A DNA stretch of 64,000 bases from Nitrospirota bacterium (GTDB lineage: Bacteria > Nitrospirota > UBA9217). A program made the position numbers and the translations under genes. Of this stretch, positions 1 to 10,387 are shown piece by piece. The notes beneath the pieces were generated by a model that saw only the letters and a list, made by a program, of their open reading frames with translations, made no database searches and was not told the DNA's origin. The DNA lies in NCBI GenBank assembly GCA_963790205.1, contig CAWBNQ010000008.1:1-64000 (forward strand), read 5' to 3'. Every line of letters starts with the position of its first letter. Position 1 is the first letter of the stretch.

Positions 1-1094
1 GGCTCTCCCGGGTTTAGCATGGATACATGTCTAGCCCGCCGCAGTGAAAGTAAATTGCTGTCTTGAAGTGTTCCTTGTTCCGAAATCCGTAGGCCATCTT
101 TTTGATTGTCTGTATCTTGCTGTTGAGCCCTTCGCTGACCGCATTCGTTATGCGGTGCTGAAGATAAGTCAGAACGTTAGCAATATGTCTTTTGATCGTT
201 CCTGCTGCGTCAATGATTGGCTTCAGCCTGCTGTGTGTTGCCCAGAAATACCACCGCTTCCAGAATTTCCTCGCTGACTCGGCATAGTTGTAATGCCACA
301 ACTTCCGAAACGTCTCCTTGATGGCCCACGCGCGTCCTACCTTCAACTCAAGCTTTTGTAATGCGGCAAATTCCCTGCGGCGTTTCTCCGGAACGTTCTC
401 CTTGCTGTACAGCCACAAGTACTTACTCCCCTTGAGCGTTTCGTCACCTTCTTTCATCCGCTGCCGATGTTCCTGCTTTCGTACCGTGTCTACCGCTTTC
501 CCGAGGTAGCCCATAATGTGGAACCGGTCGAAAACGATCTTGCTCTCGGCACCAGGCACATGGGCACGCGTCGCCTCAAGGTAGGGCTCCCACATGTCCA
601 TTGCAACCGCCTCGAGGCCTTCTAATTGCTCCGGCGTCAGACTCTTGTAATAGCTCTCCAGACTGCTCTGTTTGCGGTCATCCTCGATGTGCTCTACCGT
701 GCCTCCGTCTATATCGCTTACCAGCGTCAGGTATGTATGACCCTTGGCAATGGCTTTCTCATCGACGCCGATCCGGGGAACGACGCGGTCTTGTTTCCGA
801 AGCTTTCCGCGCTCTACGGCGCGTTCCATGAGGTTCCATGCTTCGTCCCAGCTTATCCGCAAGATCTTCGTGGCCCCGGTTATATCGCACTCCCGAAGAA
901 CATCTATGGCCAACCGCTCAAATAAAACCGTGAATCGTGACTTCGGTTCCGCCCAAGGGACCCGAACCTGCAAAATCCCATGCTCTGCACACGTTATGCG
1001 GGGAATACGCGCATGCAAGTACGTCTTAAACTGGCAACTGTCAAGGTGACGCCATAACCGCTCTTCGGCATGATCATAGACCGTCGACTCCTTC
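1..1094 (-). mobile_element. ISL3-family insertion sequence, left end deleted
   Basis: Window begins GGCTCTCCCGGGTTTAGC, the GGCTCT-type ISL3 terminus, right after the transposase stop. No matching left end; transposase similarity stops at ~1094. Confidence 0.8.
14..1093 (-). pseudogene. ISL3-family transposase, N-terminally truncated
   Basis: Motifs YDHAEERLWRHLD, VPWAEPKSRFT, GVDE, AMDMWEPY, FDRFH, TNAVSEGLNSKIQ..K..AYGFRN. The N-terminal CxxC region is missing; the ORF extension to 1276 is antisense HNH sequence. Confidence 0.88.
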
Positions 1095-1394
1095 GTCACA
1101 GGATGTAAGACACTGATCCTGTTGAAGGCAGCACACATTAAGCCTTGGAGTGAATGCAATAATCGCGAACGTCTTGATCCATTTAACGGCATGGCGCTTA
1201 TCCCCAACCTCGATACAACGTTTGACCGAGGGCTGATTTCTTTTCGAGACAATGGTAGAATTTTGATTTCACCCAATTTGGATGAAGAGACTCAGCTCGC
1301 ATTGGGCATTAGTTCAAAAATGTGCATAAAGCGTTTAGAGGCTCGACACTTTCAGTACCTGAGGCACCATCGTACTGAAGTGTTTCAAGAATAG
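1095..1394 (+). pseudogene. HNH endonuclease (HNH_2 / putative restriction nuclease), C-terminal fragment
   Basis: Reads VTGCKTLILLKAAHIKPW...LDPFNGMALIPNLDTTFDRGLISF...YLRHHR. No N-terminus or true start before the junction. Confidence 0.75.
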
Positions 1395-1652
1395 CCCTCG
1401 ACTAGCAGGAACAATTAAAAGCAGAGGGGCCACCTAGGCCGGCGCAAGAAAAAAGTCGGGAGAACCAGGCACTCAAGACGGCCCGCTTTCATGACTGGCC
1501 GCATAGCGCCGCATAAATGTTTCAACCTGTTTATATTTTTGGTTGATGTGCATGGCCTCAAGTACTTCCTGCAATATGCACAAGCAAGCCTGAGAGCAGC
1601 ATTGCATGTTTGATTTCATAATTATCATTGATTCATCAAAACGTCGAAAGTA

Positions 1653-1686
1653 TTGACTTGACATTCTCGTGTTCGTAGGCTAACTT
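1653..1686 (+). promoter_or_regulatory. sigma70-type promoter candidate for PilZ-REC gene
   Basis: TTGACA(1658-63)-17-TAACTT, overlapping TTGACT(1653-58)-17-TAGGCT. Confidence 0.45.
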
Positions 1687-1719
1687 TGAGTTGACCGTTG
1701 CGGAGGAGCAGGCATATCG

Positions 1720-2406
1720 ATGGGGATGGAGAAGAGAAAGTATACGCGTGTAGTTTTGAAAAAAGAGGTGCTGATCAACGGCTCCATCAAAGCGCAAGGG
1801 CTGGACTTGAGCCTCGGTGGCCTTTACATACATACGGGTCGAAACTTCCCGGTGGGCACCGTCATGAGCCTCACGCTCCCTCTGAATTCCCAAATTATCA
1901 ATGTCCGAGCCCTCGTCCGGAACGCCCAGGAATCGGCGGGGATGGGAGCGCAGTTCATCGAGGTGACGCCGGATCAGGAAGCGGCCATTCAGGACTTCGT
2001 CAATTCCTCTGTTCAAGCTTCCTCCGGCGATACAAAAAAAACAGTGCTGATCGTCGAGGACAACGCATCCCAGCGGCGCATAAACAGGAGTCGGCTGGTG
2101 CTAGATGGTTATTCTGTCCTGGAAGCGGAAGACGGCATTCAGGCGCTTGATATACTTGAAAAAGAAAAGGTGGACCTCGTCGTTCTCGATCTGTATATGG
2201 AAAGACTCGACGGCTATAAGGTTCTCTCGATCGTGCGCCAGAAGCACGAGTGGAAGGACGTCCCGGTGCTTGTACTCTCCGCAAGAAGTTCCGCCGACGA
2301 AGTCGACAAGGCTATAGCTGCCGGGGCAACGGAATTTCTGGTGAAAATGATGACATCGCCGGTAAAGCTGAGCCAGCGTGTCAACATGTATCTTTCGAAG
2401 AAATAA
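1720..2406 (+). CDS. PilZ-domain / receiver-domain response regulator
   Basis: N-terminal RxxxR (KRKYTR) and DxSxxG (DLSLGG) PilZ motifs; C-terminal REC with VEDN, LDLYM, LSAR, FLVK. Confidence 0.88.
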   Translation: MGMEKRKYTRVVLKKEVLINGSIKAQGLDLSLGGLYIHTGRNFPVGTVMSLTLPLNSQIINVRALVRNAQESAGMGAQFIEVTPDQEAAIQDFVNSSVQASSGDTKKTVLIVEDNASQRRINRSRLVLDGYSVLEAEDGIQALDILEKEKVDLVVLDLYMERLDGYKVLSIVRQKHEWKDVPVLVLSARSSADEVDKAIAAGATEFLVKMMTSPVKLSQRVNMYLSKK

Positions 2407-2470
2407 ATAAAGTTATCGTCATTTTTCTTCTTGTCACGTCCGCCCATTTTTCCGAAAACATCGACCGAGT

Positions 2471-2839
2471 TTATTCCTTGCCATTGTAAATACTCTTTCC
2501 ATCCTTGGCAACAATAATCACTTCACGTGGCATTCTTGTGCCAATAAGCCACCTGCCCCGGTTGATGACACGATTTTTTTCTTTATCGTCGGATAGATTC
2601 TCATTATAATTTGATCGGAAAACATGCGCCCTATTCATTTTGACAAACGGAAATCCGGGATCTCCCTCATCGAAGATATGCCTTGGGGCATCCACTTTTA
2701 CCTGTTCTACTCGACGAAGCAGGATATGCTCGACATAGTTGCCCCTTACTTCAAATGAAAAATAACGAGTTCGACAAACTTTGGGGACGTTGTGGCGCGA
2801 GTGAACTTGCGAAATTATCACTATAGATCGTAATTTCAC
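2471..2839 (-). CDS. hypothetical protein, AT-rich, possibly degraded
   Basis: 122-aa ORF filling the gap between two convergent genes; no recognisable motif; an upstream in-frame ATG (2926) is cut off by a TAA. Confidence 0.3.
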   Translation of the reverse strand: MKLRSIVIISQVHSRHNVPKVCRTRYFSFEVRGNYVEHILLRRVEQVKVDAPRHIFDEGDPGFPFVKMNRAHVFRSNYNENLSDDKEKNRVINRGRWLIGTRMPREVIIVAKDGKSIYNGKE

Positions 2840-2963
2840 GTTGGCGTGTTCAACCAGTAATCCTCGGAATTATAAATTGATCGTCCTAATACCTAGTAGG
2901 CGTAGTCGATAGTTTGCAGGGATCATTTCTGCTTTATTATTTTCCCTTTCTTTGTCCCGCCTC

Positions 2964-3971
2964 CTATTTCTCCCTGAAAAGTTCCACGGTCCTTCGCGGA
3001 ACGGACCGGTCGGAACGGATGCGGATCGTCTTTAATACGAACTGTTTTTTGAGACATTCCGTATTCGAGCGTTTCTGACCGACAGCAGCGGAGACATCGC
3101 GGGGATGAACGAGAAAAGTCACCTCAAGGCGTGATGATTTTCTGTTCGTCAGCAGTGCCTTCATTCTGTCCAATAAGATCGAGGATTCAACGAGTTGCCT
3201 GAACGCGGGATGATACGGCCCGGCGAGGATGGTGCCCGGCTTTCCCAGCTCTTCTGTCGGTTGCAATCCTATCCGGATTACCTCAATGCCTGCCTGCTCG
3301 AACCTGATCAAAGCCTCCCGGCAGAGAGAAACCGCTTCGTCGAGCGGCAGCGGAATGTATCGTCCCGTCTTATAAAGCCCTTCGAGCGGAGTGTCTTTGA
3401 TCACCAGGAGAGGATAGAGGCGCACGAAATCGGGTTTGAGGGCGATGGTCTTATCAACGGTATCGATGAATTTTTCGGCTGAATCTCCCGGCAAACCGGG
3501 CATCAGTTGTAATCCCACGAGGAAATCATCTTCTCTCAGAAGCTTTACCGCATTCACGGTGTCGGCGGTGGAATGTCCCCGGCCCGAGAGGGCGAGCACA
3601 TGATCGTCCATGGACTGAACGCCGAGCTCGATCGTTCGAACGTAATATCTTTTGAGAAGCGCAAGTATATCGCGATTGATGCTGTCGGGCCTGGTGGAGA
3701 GGCGGATGCTTTTGACCTGACCGGACTCGATGAACGGACGGGACGCTTCAAGATAGGCCTTTTGGGTCTCGACCGGAAGGGCGGTAAAGCTCCCCCCGTA
3801 GAAGGCTATCTGGGCAACCTCATCAGTCGTGTCGGACTTGAGATAATCGTTGATCTTTTGCGGGACCGAGGATGCTTCGGCGGATTCGTTCTGGCCGGTG
3901 ATATTCTTCTGGTTGCAGAACACGCATTGGTGGGGGCAGCCTTTGTGGGGGATGAAGAAGGGGATGATCAT
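2964..3971 (-). CDS. radical SAM protein (Elp3/HemN-related, rnc-linked)
   Basis: IIPFFIPHKGCPHQCVFCNQ (CxxxCxxC), FYGGSFT, STRPD, ELGVQS, GPYHPAF. Start placed at MIIPFF. Confidence 0.9.
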   Translation of the reverse strand: MIIPFFIPHKGCPHQCVFCNQKNITGQNESAEASSVPQKINDYLKSDTTDEVAQIAFYGGSFTALPVETQKAYLEASRPFIESGQVKSIRLSTRPDSINRDILALLKRYYVRTIELGVQSMDDHVLALSGRGHSTADTVNAVKLLREDDFLVGLQLMPGLPGDSAEKFIDTVDKTIALKPDFVRLYPLLVIKDTPLEGLYKTGRYIPLPLDEAVSLCREALIRFEQAGIEVIRIGLQPTEELGKPGTILAGPYHPAFRQLVESSILLDRMKALLTNRKSSRLEVTFLVHPRDVSAAVGQKRSNTECLKKQFVLKTIRIRSDRSVPRRTVELFREK

Positions 3972-4012
3972 AAGTCCGGTTGACAGTAGACAGCATGCAG
4001 TAGACAGTACTC

Positions 4013-4702
4013 CTACTGGGTGGCCGTCAGTTTTTCCACCGCCTCTTTTGCCGCTTTCTGCTCCGCTTCCTTCTTGCTCTTGCCAATGCCGCGTCCGGAC
4101 AACTGTCCCTTGATCCACACTTCCACTTCGAACTGTTTCTGGTGGTCGGGGCCGGTCTCGGAAGCGACCCGGTATTCGGGGAGCTGTTTGAGCCGCTCCT
4201 GGCAGAGTTCCTGGAGCTCGGTTTTATGATCGAGTGAAACGCGCGCGGCGCACGCTTTTTTTATGAGGTCCTCAAAGAACCGGATGATGAATGCTTCGGT
4301 GGCGTCCATGCCCCGATCGAGGTAGATGGATGCAATAAGCGCTTCGAGGCAATCGGCGAGCAGGGAATCCTTGTCCCTGCCGCCGGTCTGCTCTTCACCT
4401 TTGCCGAGCAGGAGGTGGTTGCCGAGCCCGATTTCCCGCGCGACCCCTGCAAGCGCGGGCTCGCTCACGACGGAGGCCCGGAGTCTCGAGAGGGTCCCCT
4501 CGGCCGAGTCAGGGCAGGTCTTCATGAGGTATTCGCTGACGATGAGATTGAGGACGGAGTCCCCGAGGAACTCCATCCGTTCGTTATGGTAGGGGACCTT
4601 GTTTTCGTTCGCGTAGGACTTGTGCGTAAGCGCGCGCTCGAGCAGTTCGGGGTCGCTGAACATATACGCGATTCGCCGCTGGATGTCCGAGAGGGGGGGC
4701 AT
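4013..4702 (-). CDS. rnc: ribonuclease III
   Basis: ALTHKSY, NERMEFLGDSVL signature, C-terminal dsRBD (KTELQE...GKSKKEAEQKAA). Confidence 0.97.
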   Translation of the reverse strand: MPPLSDIQRRIAYMFSDPELLERALTHKSYANENKVPYHNERMEFLGDSVLNLIVSEYLMKTCPDSAEGTLSRLRASVVSEPALAGVAREIGLGNHLLLGKGEEQTGGRDKDSLLADCLEALIASIYLDRGMDATEAFIIRFFEDLIKKACAARVSLDHKTELQELCQERLKQLPEYRVASETGPDHQKQFEVEVWIKGQLSGRGIGKSKKEAEQKAAKEAVEKLTATQ

Positions 4703-4703
4703 C

Positions 4704-5945
4704 TTACTTCCGGAACCGTCGGAACACGAGACAGGCGTTCGTACCGCCGAAGCCGAAGGAGTTCGACATGGCCACGTCCACCTGTACTTTTCTCGCCGTA
4801 TGCGGGATATAGTCCAGGTCGCACTCGGGGTCCGGGTTCTCGATGTTGATGGTCGGCGGAAGTATCCCGCGGTCCAGGGCGAGGACGGATATGACCGCCT
4901 CTACACCGCCGGCGGCGCCGAGCAGATGGCCGGTCATGGATTTGGTCGAACTCGCCGGTATCTTGTATGCATGGCCGCCGAACACGCTCTTGATGCCCAT
5001 GGTCTCGTACTCGTCGTTGTACTTGGTCGACGTTCCGTGGGCATTGATATACCCCATCTCCGCGGGCGCAATGCCGGCGTCATTGATCGCCATCTTCATG
5101 CACCGGGCCGCTCCCTCGCCGTTCGGCGCCGGCGTTGTCATGTGGTAGGCATCGCCCGAAAGGCCGTATCCCACGACCTCCGCGTAGATTCTGGCGCCGC
5201 GCTTCATGGCCGACTCCATCTCTTCGAGAATCACGACTCCGGACCCTTCCCCCATGACGAACCCGTCCCGCTCGGCGTCAAAGGGGCGGCTGGCGCGCTG
5301 CGGTTCGCTGTTCCGCGTGGAGAGCGCCTTCATGGCGTTGAAGCCACCCACACCGAGCGGACAGATGGTCGATTCCGTTCCGCCGGCGATCATGGCGTCG
5401 GCATCGCCGCGCTGGATGGTCTTGAACGATTCGCCGATCGAGTGGGTCCCGGTCGCGCATGCGGACACCACGCTGAGATTCGGGCCCTTCGCGCCGAACC
5501 GGATCGAGATGATCCCGGCTACTTCGTTGATGATGGTCATCGGGATAAAGAACGGCGTGATCCTGCGGTACCCTTTTTCGCGGTAGGCGTCGTGGACCCG
5601 CTCGATCGCAGGGAGTCCCCCCATGCCTGCGCTCACCATGACGCCGATGCGCTCGGCATTCTCCGGCGTGATCTTGAGTCCCGAATCGTCCATGGCCATC
5701 TGGCTTGCCGCGATCCCCAGGTGGATGAAGCGGTCCATCTTTTTTATCTCTTTCGGCTCGATGTACTTTTCCGGATCAAAGCCGTGGATCTCGCCGGCGA
5801 TCTGGGTCGGGACGGCCTTGTCATCGAACTGCGTGATGGGGCCGATGCCGGACTTGCCGTTGATCAGGCTTTCCCAACTGGTTTCCGTATCGAGGCCGAC
5901 GGGGGTGATCATCCCGATGCCCGTGACGACGACTCTTTTCTTCAA
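4704..5945 (-). CDS. fabF: 3-oxoacyl-ACP synthase II
   Basis: [41 protein letters not shown]. Confidence 0.97.
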   Translation of the reverse strand: MKKRVVVTGIGMITPVGLDTETSWESLINGKSGIGPITQFDDKAVPTQIAGEIHGFDPEKYIEPKEIKKMDRFIHLGIAASQMAMDDSGLKITPENAERIGVMVSAGMGGLPAIERVHDAYREKGYRRITPFFIPMTIINEVAGIISIRFGAKGPNLSVVSACATGTHSIGESFKTIQRGDADAMIAGGTESTICPLGVGGFNAMKALSTRNSEPQRASRPFDAERDGFVMGEGSGVVILEEMESAMKRGARIYAEVVGYGLSGDAYHMTTPAPNGEGAARCMKMAINDAGIAPAEMGYINAHGTSTKYNDEYETMGIKSVFGGHAYKIPASSTKSMTGHLLGAAGGVEAVISVLALDRGILPPTINIENPDPECDLDYIPHTARKVQVDVAMSNSFGFGGTNACLVFRRFRK

Positions 5946-6072
5946 ACGAGGTTACCTCCTGCGTAAAAAATCCGAAAAGCCAAAAAACCGTTCCCGCGCA
6001 CGCGTGAGAGGTCTTCTGGCTTTCGAAAATTCCTTCCTAAAGTTCTGCTGAGGACCCGGCGTAACGGCTGAT

Positions 6073-6309
6073 TTACTTCGCCTTCGCCTTGATGTAATCG
6101 ACAGCGTTCTGCACCGTTGCTATCTTTTCGGCATCTTCATCGGGGATTTCCACGCCGAATTCCTCTTCGAGCGCCATAACGAGCTCAACAGTATCGAGCG
6201 AATCCGCGCCGAGATCGTTGACGAACGATGCCTCGGGTTTCACATCCCCTTCAGGCACGCCGAGCTGCTCGGAAATGATCTTTTTCACCTTTGCCTCTAC
6301 ATCTGCCAT
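6073..6309 (-). CDS. acpP: acyl carrier protein
   Basis: [20 protein letters not shown] phosphopantetheine motif. Confidence 0.98.
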   Translation of the reverse strand: MADVEAKVKKIISEQLGVPEGDVKPEASFVNDLGADSLDTVELVMALEEEFGVEIPDEDAEKIATVQNAVDYIKAKAK

Positions 6310-6386
6310 TGTTTTCCTCCTGTGGTTATGTCCTTGTTTTCTGTATCCTGAGATTTTTAACTTTGAACGTTGAATCCTGAATTGGG

Positions 6387-7127
6387 CTACATGTACATGC
6401 CGCCGTTCACATGGATCACCTGGCCGGAAATGTAAGACGCCCAGGGAGAGGCGAGAAAGCGGACCGCGTTCGCTACGTCCTCGGGCGTTCCGAGCTTACC
6501 CAGGGGGATCTGCTTCGCGAGCTCGGTCCTGACGTTCTCGGACAGCGCCTGGGTCATGGCCGTGTCGATAAAACCGGGGGCCACGGCGTTGGCCGTGATG
6601 CCGCGGTTCGCGTATTCACGGGCGATGGTCTTGGTGAGACCGATAAGTCCCGCCTTGGACGCCACGTAGTTCGCCTGGCCGGCGTTGCCCATGGCGCCGA
6701 CGATCGAGGCGATGTTGATGATCGTGCCTCCCCGCTGCTTGCTCATATACCTGAGGGCGGCCTTTGTGCACAGGAACGCGCCTTTTAAATTAATGCTGAG
6801 CACGAGGTCCCAGTCCTCATCCTTCATGCGAAGAATGAGGCCGTCCCGGGTGATACCGGCATTGTTCACGAGGATGTCGATCCTTCCGAACTTTTCGACA
6901 ACCTGATCGATCATGGCCGTGACATCGGCTGATGCCGCGACGTTGGCCTTGAGGGCCAGCGACTTTCTGCCTTTGGTTTCGATGTCTCCCGCCGTCTTTT
7001 GCGCCGCTTCGAGGTTCACGTCGCAGATGGCCACATCGGCCCCGTCAATCGCAAGCGCAAGCGCGATGTCCCTGCCGATTCCCTGAGCTGCGCCGGTGAC
7101 CAGTGCGATCTTACCGTTTAAACTCAT
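6387..7127 (-). CDS. fabG: 3-oxoacyl-ACP reductase
   Basis: [30 protein letters not shown]; position in fab operon. Confidence 0.97.
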   Translation of the reverse strand: MSLNGKIALVTGAAQGIGRDIALALAIDGADVAICDVNLEAAQKTAGDIETKGRKSLALKANVAASADVTAMIDQVVEKFGRIDILVNNAGITRDGLILRMKDEDWDLVLSINLKGAFLCTKAALRYMSKQRGGTIINIASIVGAMGNAGQANYVASKAGLIGLTKTIAREYANRGITANAVAPGFIDTAMTQALSENVRTELAKQIPLGKLGTPEDVANAVRFLASPWASYISGQVIHVNGGMYM

Positions 7128-7149
7128 TTCGTACTCCCGGAATGCGTTT

Positions 7150-8083
7150 TTATAATCCTAAAGCGTGAAGCGTGTCGTTCATGCTCTTCTGGTCTTCGAC
7201 GTTCAATATCTTTGCGTCCTTGGCAATCCGTTTGACAAGACCCGAGAGCACCTTGCCGGGACCGATCTCGACAAAAGTGTCATAGCCGTCTGCGGCCATG
7301 TTTCTGATCGAGTCTTCCCAGTAAAGCGGGGAGCTGATCTGTTTGACGAGCGACGGCCTGAGCTCCGACGCCGTATGCAAAAACTTCGCATCCGCGTTGT
7401 TCACGATCGGAATGCGAAGGTCGTTGATTTTCACTTTTTCCAGTTCCCGCGCCAGCCGCTCGCCGGCCTTTTTCATCATGCCGCAATGGGACGGAACGCT
7501 TACGGTGAGGGGAACCACTTTTTTGGCGCCCGCGGCCTTCGCGAGCTCCATGGCTTTTTCCACTGCTTTTTTCTCACCGGCGATCACGATCTGGCCGGGG
7601 GAGTTGTAATTTGCAGGGCCAACTATACCATTTTTGGCCGCTTCATGGCAAGTTTTTTCTACGGCCTGCCGCTCCATGCCCAGAATGGCGGCCATAAGCC
7701 CTGTTCCCTCGGGAACGGACTCCTGCATGTAACGGCCGCGTTTCTGAACCAGCGCGACAGCGTCCGTGAACTCGAGGCCTCCCGCGGCCGTTATCGCCGT
7801 ATACTCGCCGAGGCTGTGGCCTGCGGCGGCGCCCGGCCGTAAGTCCGCGCCGTTCAAGGGGACGAAGGATGGCCATGCTCGCCGCGAGAATGGCCGGCTG
7901 TGTGTTTTCGGTGAGGTTCAGCTTTTCGACCGGGCCGTGCATGCAGAGTTGCGCAAGATCGTAGCCGAGCGCCGCGCTCGCGGTGTCGAAGACTTCCTTT
8001 GATTCCGCAAAATTTTCGATGAACTCCCTGGCCATGCCCGCGTACTGAGAGCCCTGGCCGGGAAAGATAAACGCAATCTTCAT
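7150..8083 (-). CDS. fabD: malonyl-CoA:ACP transacylase (one +1 frameshift near 7840, probable sequencing error)
   Basis: FPGQGSQY and TQPAIL in one frame; GHSLGEY, VSVPSH, EIGPGKVL in the next. Span is 3n+1. Confidence 0.93.
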
Positions 8084-8205
8084 TCGCTGACCTCGATGCA
8101 TGGATGTTGTATCTTTTGTTGCGGTGAAATTGAGCGTGTCTCGTGAGGCGTTCGGCGGGAGACGAGTTTACCCCTTACGCTCTCACTTCTTCCGCCTGAC
8201 GGCCG

Positions 8206-9399
8206 TCAGCCCCTCAGTTCCTTGAACTTCCTGATCATGACCGGCAGCACTTCCATAACGTCGCCCACGATGCCGTAGGTGGCAACGCTGAAGATGGGGG
8301 CATTCGGGTCCTTGTTGATCGCAATGATAACATCGGACGACTGCATGCCGGCGAGGTGCTGGATGGCGCCGGAGATGCCGGCCGCAATGTAGAGCTTGGG
8401 GCAGACGGTCTTGCCGGTCTGGCCGACCTGGTGGGAATAGGGGACCCACCCTTCGTCCACTGCGCCCCTGGTGGCGCCGACGGCTCCGCCGATGGTCTTT
8501 GCGAGTTCTTCGAGGAGCTGGAAGTTTTTTACGCTGCCCATGCCGCGGCCGCCTGCAACGATGATGTCGGCTTCGCAGATGTTGACGGTCTCGGTCAGTT
8601 CCTCCACGGTCTTGATGACCCTGGTGCGCATGTCTCCCGCGGTCGTGAACTTAACGTCGATGACGTCGCCTTTGCGCGAAACATCGGGCACCGCCTTTTT
8701 CATCACTTTGTGCCGGACCGTGGCCATTTGAGGCCGGTGGTTCGGAGTGACGATGGTCGCCATGATGTTTCCGCCGAAAGCGGGGCGGGTCTGATGAAGA
8801 TTGCCTGTCTCTGCGTCGATATCGAGCATCGTGCAGTCGGCGGTGAGGCCGGTGTAGAGTTTTGCGGCCACTTTGGGAATGAACGAGCGGCCGATCGCCG
8901 TGGCCCCCGCGAGAATGATCTCGGGTTTGTGGAGTGTGGCGAGCGTGGTCAGAACGGCGCTGTAAGAGTCGTCGTTAAAGTCCTTGAGCGCGGGGTCGTC
9001 GGCAACGTAGACAATGTCGGCCCCATGGGCGATGAGTTCCTGTGCCTTGTTCCTGATGCCGTGACCGATGAAGACGGCCGAGAGCTTCGTCTTGCGCTTG
9101 TCCGCGAGCTTTCTTCCTTCTCCCAGCAGTTCGAGCGCAACGCTCGAGATGCCGCCCTTGTGCTGCTCGGCAAAGACCCAGACTCCTTTATACGCCGAGA
9201 GGTCCGTTGCCGCGGCCACGGCTTCTTCGCCGGTCCGCTCGATGGCCTTGAATTCGCAGGCTTCGACGCAGGCCCCGCACAGGGTGCAGCTCTCGGTTAT
9301 GAAGGCCTTGCCTTCGCGCATCTCGATAGCGCCGAAAGGGCAGCTGGTCACGCACGTCTCGCAGCTCGTACATTTGTCAGGGTTGACTTTAATGCTCAC
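8206..9399 (-). CDS. etfA: electron transfer flavoprotein alpha subunit with N-terminal 2x[4Fe-4S] ferredoxin domain
   Basis: [12 protein letters not shown] and [11 protein letters not shown], then [30 protein letters not shown]. Confidence 0.95.
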   Translation of the reverse strand: MSIKVNPDKCTSCETCVTSCPFGAIEMREGKAFITESCTLCGACVEACEFKAIERTGEEAVAAATDLSAYKGVWVFAEQHKGGISSVALELLGEGRKLADKRKTKLSAVFIGHGIRNKAQELIAHGADIVYVADDPALKDFNDDSYSAVLTTLATLHKPEIILAGATAIGRSFIPKVAAKLYTGLTADCTMLDIDAETGNLHQTRPAFGGNIMATIVTPNHRPQMATVRHKVMKKAVPDVSRKGDVIDVKFTTAGDMRTRVIKTVEELTETVNICEADIIVAGGRGMGSVKNFQLLEELAKTIGGAVGATRGAVDEGWVPYSHQVGQTGKTVCPKLYIAAGISGAIQHLAGMQSSDVIIAINKDPNAPIFSVATYGIVGDVMEVLPVMIRKFKELRG

Positions 9400-9471
9400 G
9401 GATCACTCCTTGAAAAAATGATCCACGATCCATGATGAAGGCCCTTGTCCTGCATCCGGGATCGTGCATCG

Positions 9472-10257
9472 TTATACCACCGCTTGTTCTTTCAGCTTCC
9501 TTGCCACCAGATCGACCTGTTGCTCGATCGTACCGGTGAGGATCTCCCGCTGACCGCGCGGTACAGGCGGGAAGATCCTCACAACCTTGGTGGGAGAGCC
9601 TTTGAGCCCGAGCCTGTTCTCGTCAGCGTTTATGTCTTTTGCGCTCAACGTCGCGACCTTGAGGCTCTTGGCCTTCATTTTTCCCTTGAGCGACGGCAGA
9701 CGGGGCTCGTTGATCTCCTTCACCACGGTGATGAGCGCGGGGAGGGAGGTTTCCACCACGTCATAACCCTCGTCCATCATGCGTTCCGCCGTCATTTTCC
9801 CGGTTTCTACTTTTTCTATCTTCCTGATATAGGCGACAAAGGGGATGCCGAGCATGTCCGCGGTCTCGGGCCCCACCTGCGCCGTATCGCCGTCAATAGC
9901 CTGTTTGCCCGCGATCACGAGGTCGAAATTCCCGATCTTCTTGATTCCCATCGCGAGAGTATAGGACGTGGCCCAGGTATCCGCTCCGGCAAAGGCCCGG
10001 TCGGAAACGAGCACGACGTCATCTACCCCCATGGCCACGGCCTCTTTGAGGGCCTCGGCGGCCTGCGGCGGCCCCATGGTCACGGCGGTCACCTTGCCGC
10101 CGTGCTGTTCGCGCAGCCGGAGCGCCTCTTCGATGGCGTACCGGTCAAAGGGATTAATGATACTGGGGACACCGTCGCGGATGAGCGTGTTCGTCTCGCG
10201 ATTGATCTTGACCTCCGACGTGTCCGGGACCTGCTTGATCATGACAATGATATTCAT
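9472..10257 (-). CDS. etfB: electron transfer flavoprotein beta subunit
   Basis: KQVPDT, NPFD, DRAFAGADT, GKQAIDGDTAQVGP, GSPT. Confidence 0.95.
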   Translation of the reverse strand: MNIIVMIKQVPDTSEVKINRETNTLIRDGVPSIINPFDRYAIEEALRLREQHGGKVTAVTMGPPQAAEALKEAVAMGVDDVVLVSDRAFAGADTWATSYTLAMGIKKIGNFDLVIAGKQAIDGDTAQVGPETADMLGIPFVAYIRKIEKVETGKMTAERMMDEGYDVVETSLPALITVVKEINEPRLPSLKGKMKAKSLKVATLSAKDINADENRLGLKGSPTKVVRIFPPVPRGQREILTGTIEQQVDLVARKLKEQAVV

Positions 10258-10265
10258 TGCTGTCT

Positions 10266-10384
10266 CCAAAATTCCAAATAACAAATTTCAAATAAACTCC
10301 AAATCCCAATTACCCAATTTCGAAACGTTTGGTATTTCGATATTGGAATTTATTTGCGATTTGGTGCTTGTAATTTGGAGCTTG
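10266..10384. repeat. AT-rich intergenic palindrome with ~7-nt periodicity
   Basis: CCAAAT/CAAAT-rich left arm mirrored by ATTTG/ATTTGG-rich right arm around AAACGTTT. Confidence 0.7.
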
Positions 10385-10387
10385 TTT

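Noticed and set aside
1095..1276. N-terminal 60 aa of the 420-aa transposase ORF
   Set aside because: It is the antisense of the HNH fragment and has no ISL3 character.
4620..5966. Long antisense ORFs (448 aa here; also 8356-9435, 9968-11296, 49706-50857, 57532-59055)
   Set aside because: Shadows of GC-rich genes with clear motifs on the opposite strand; they have no motifs of their own.
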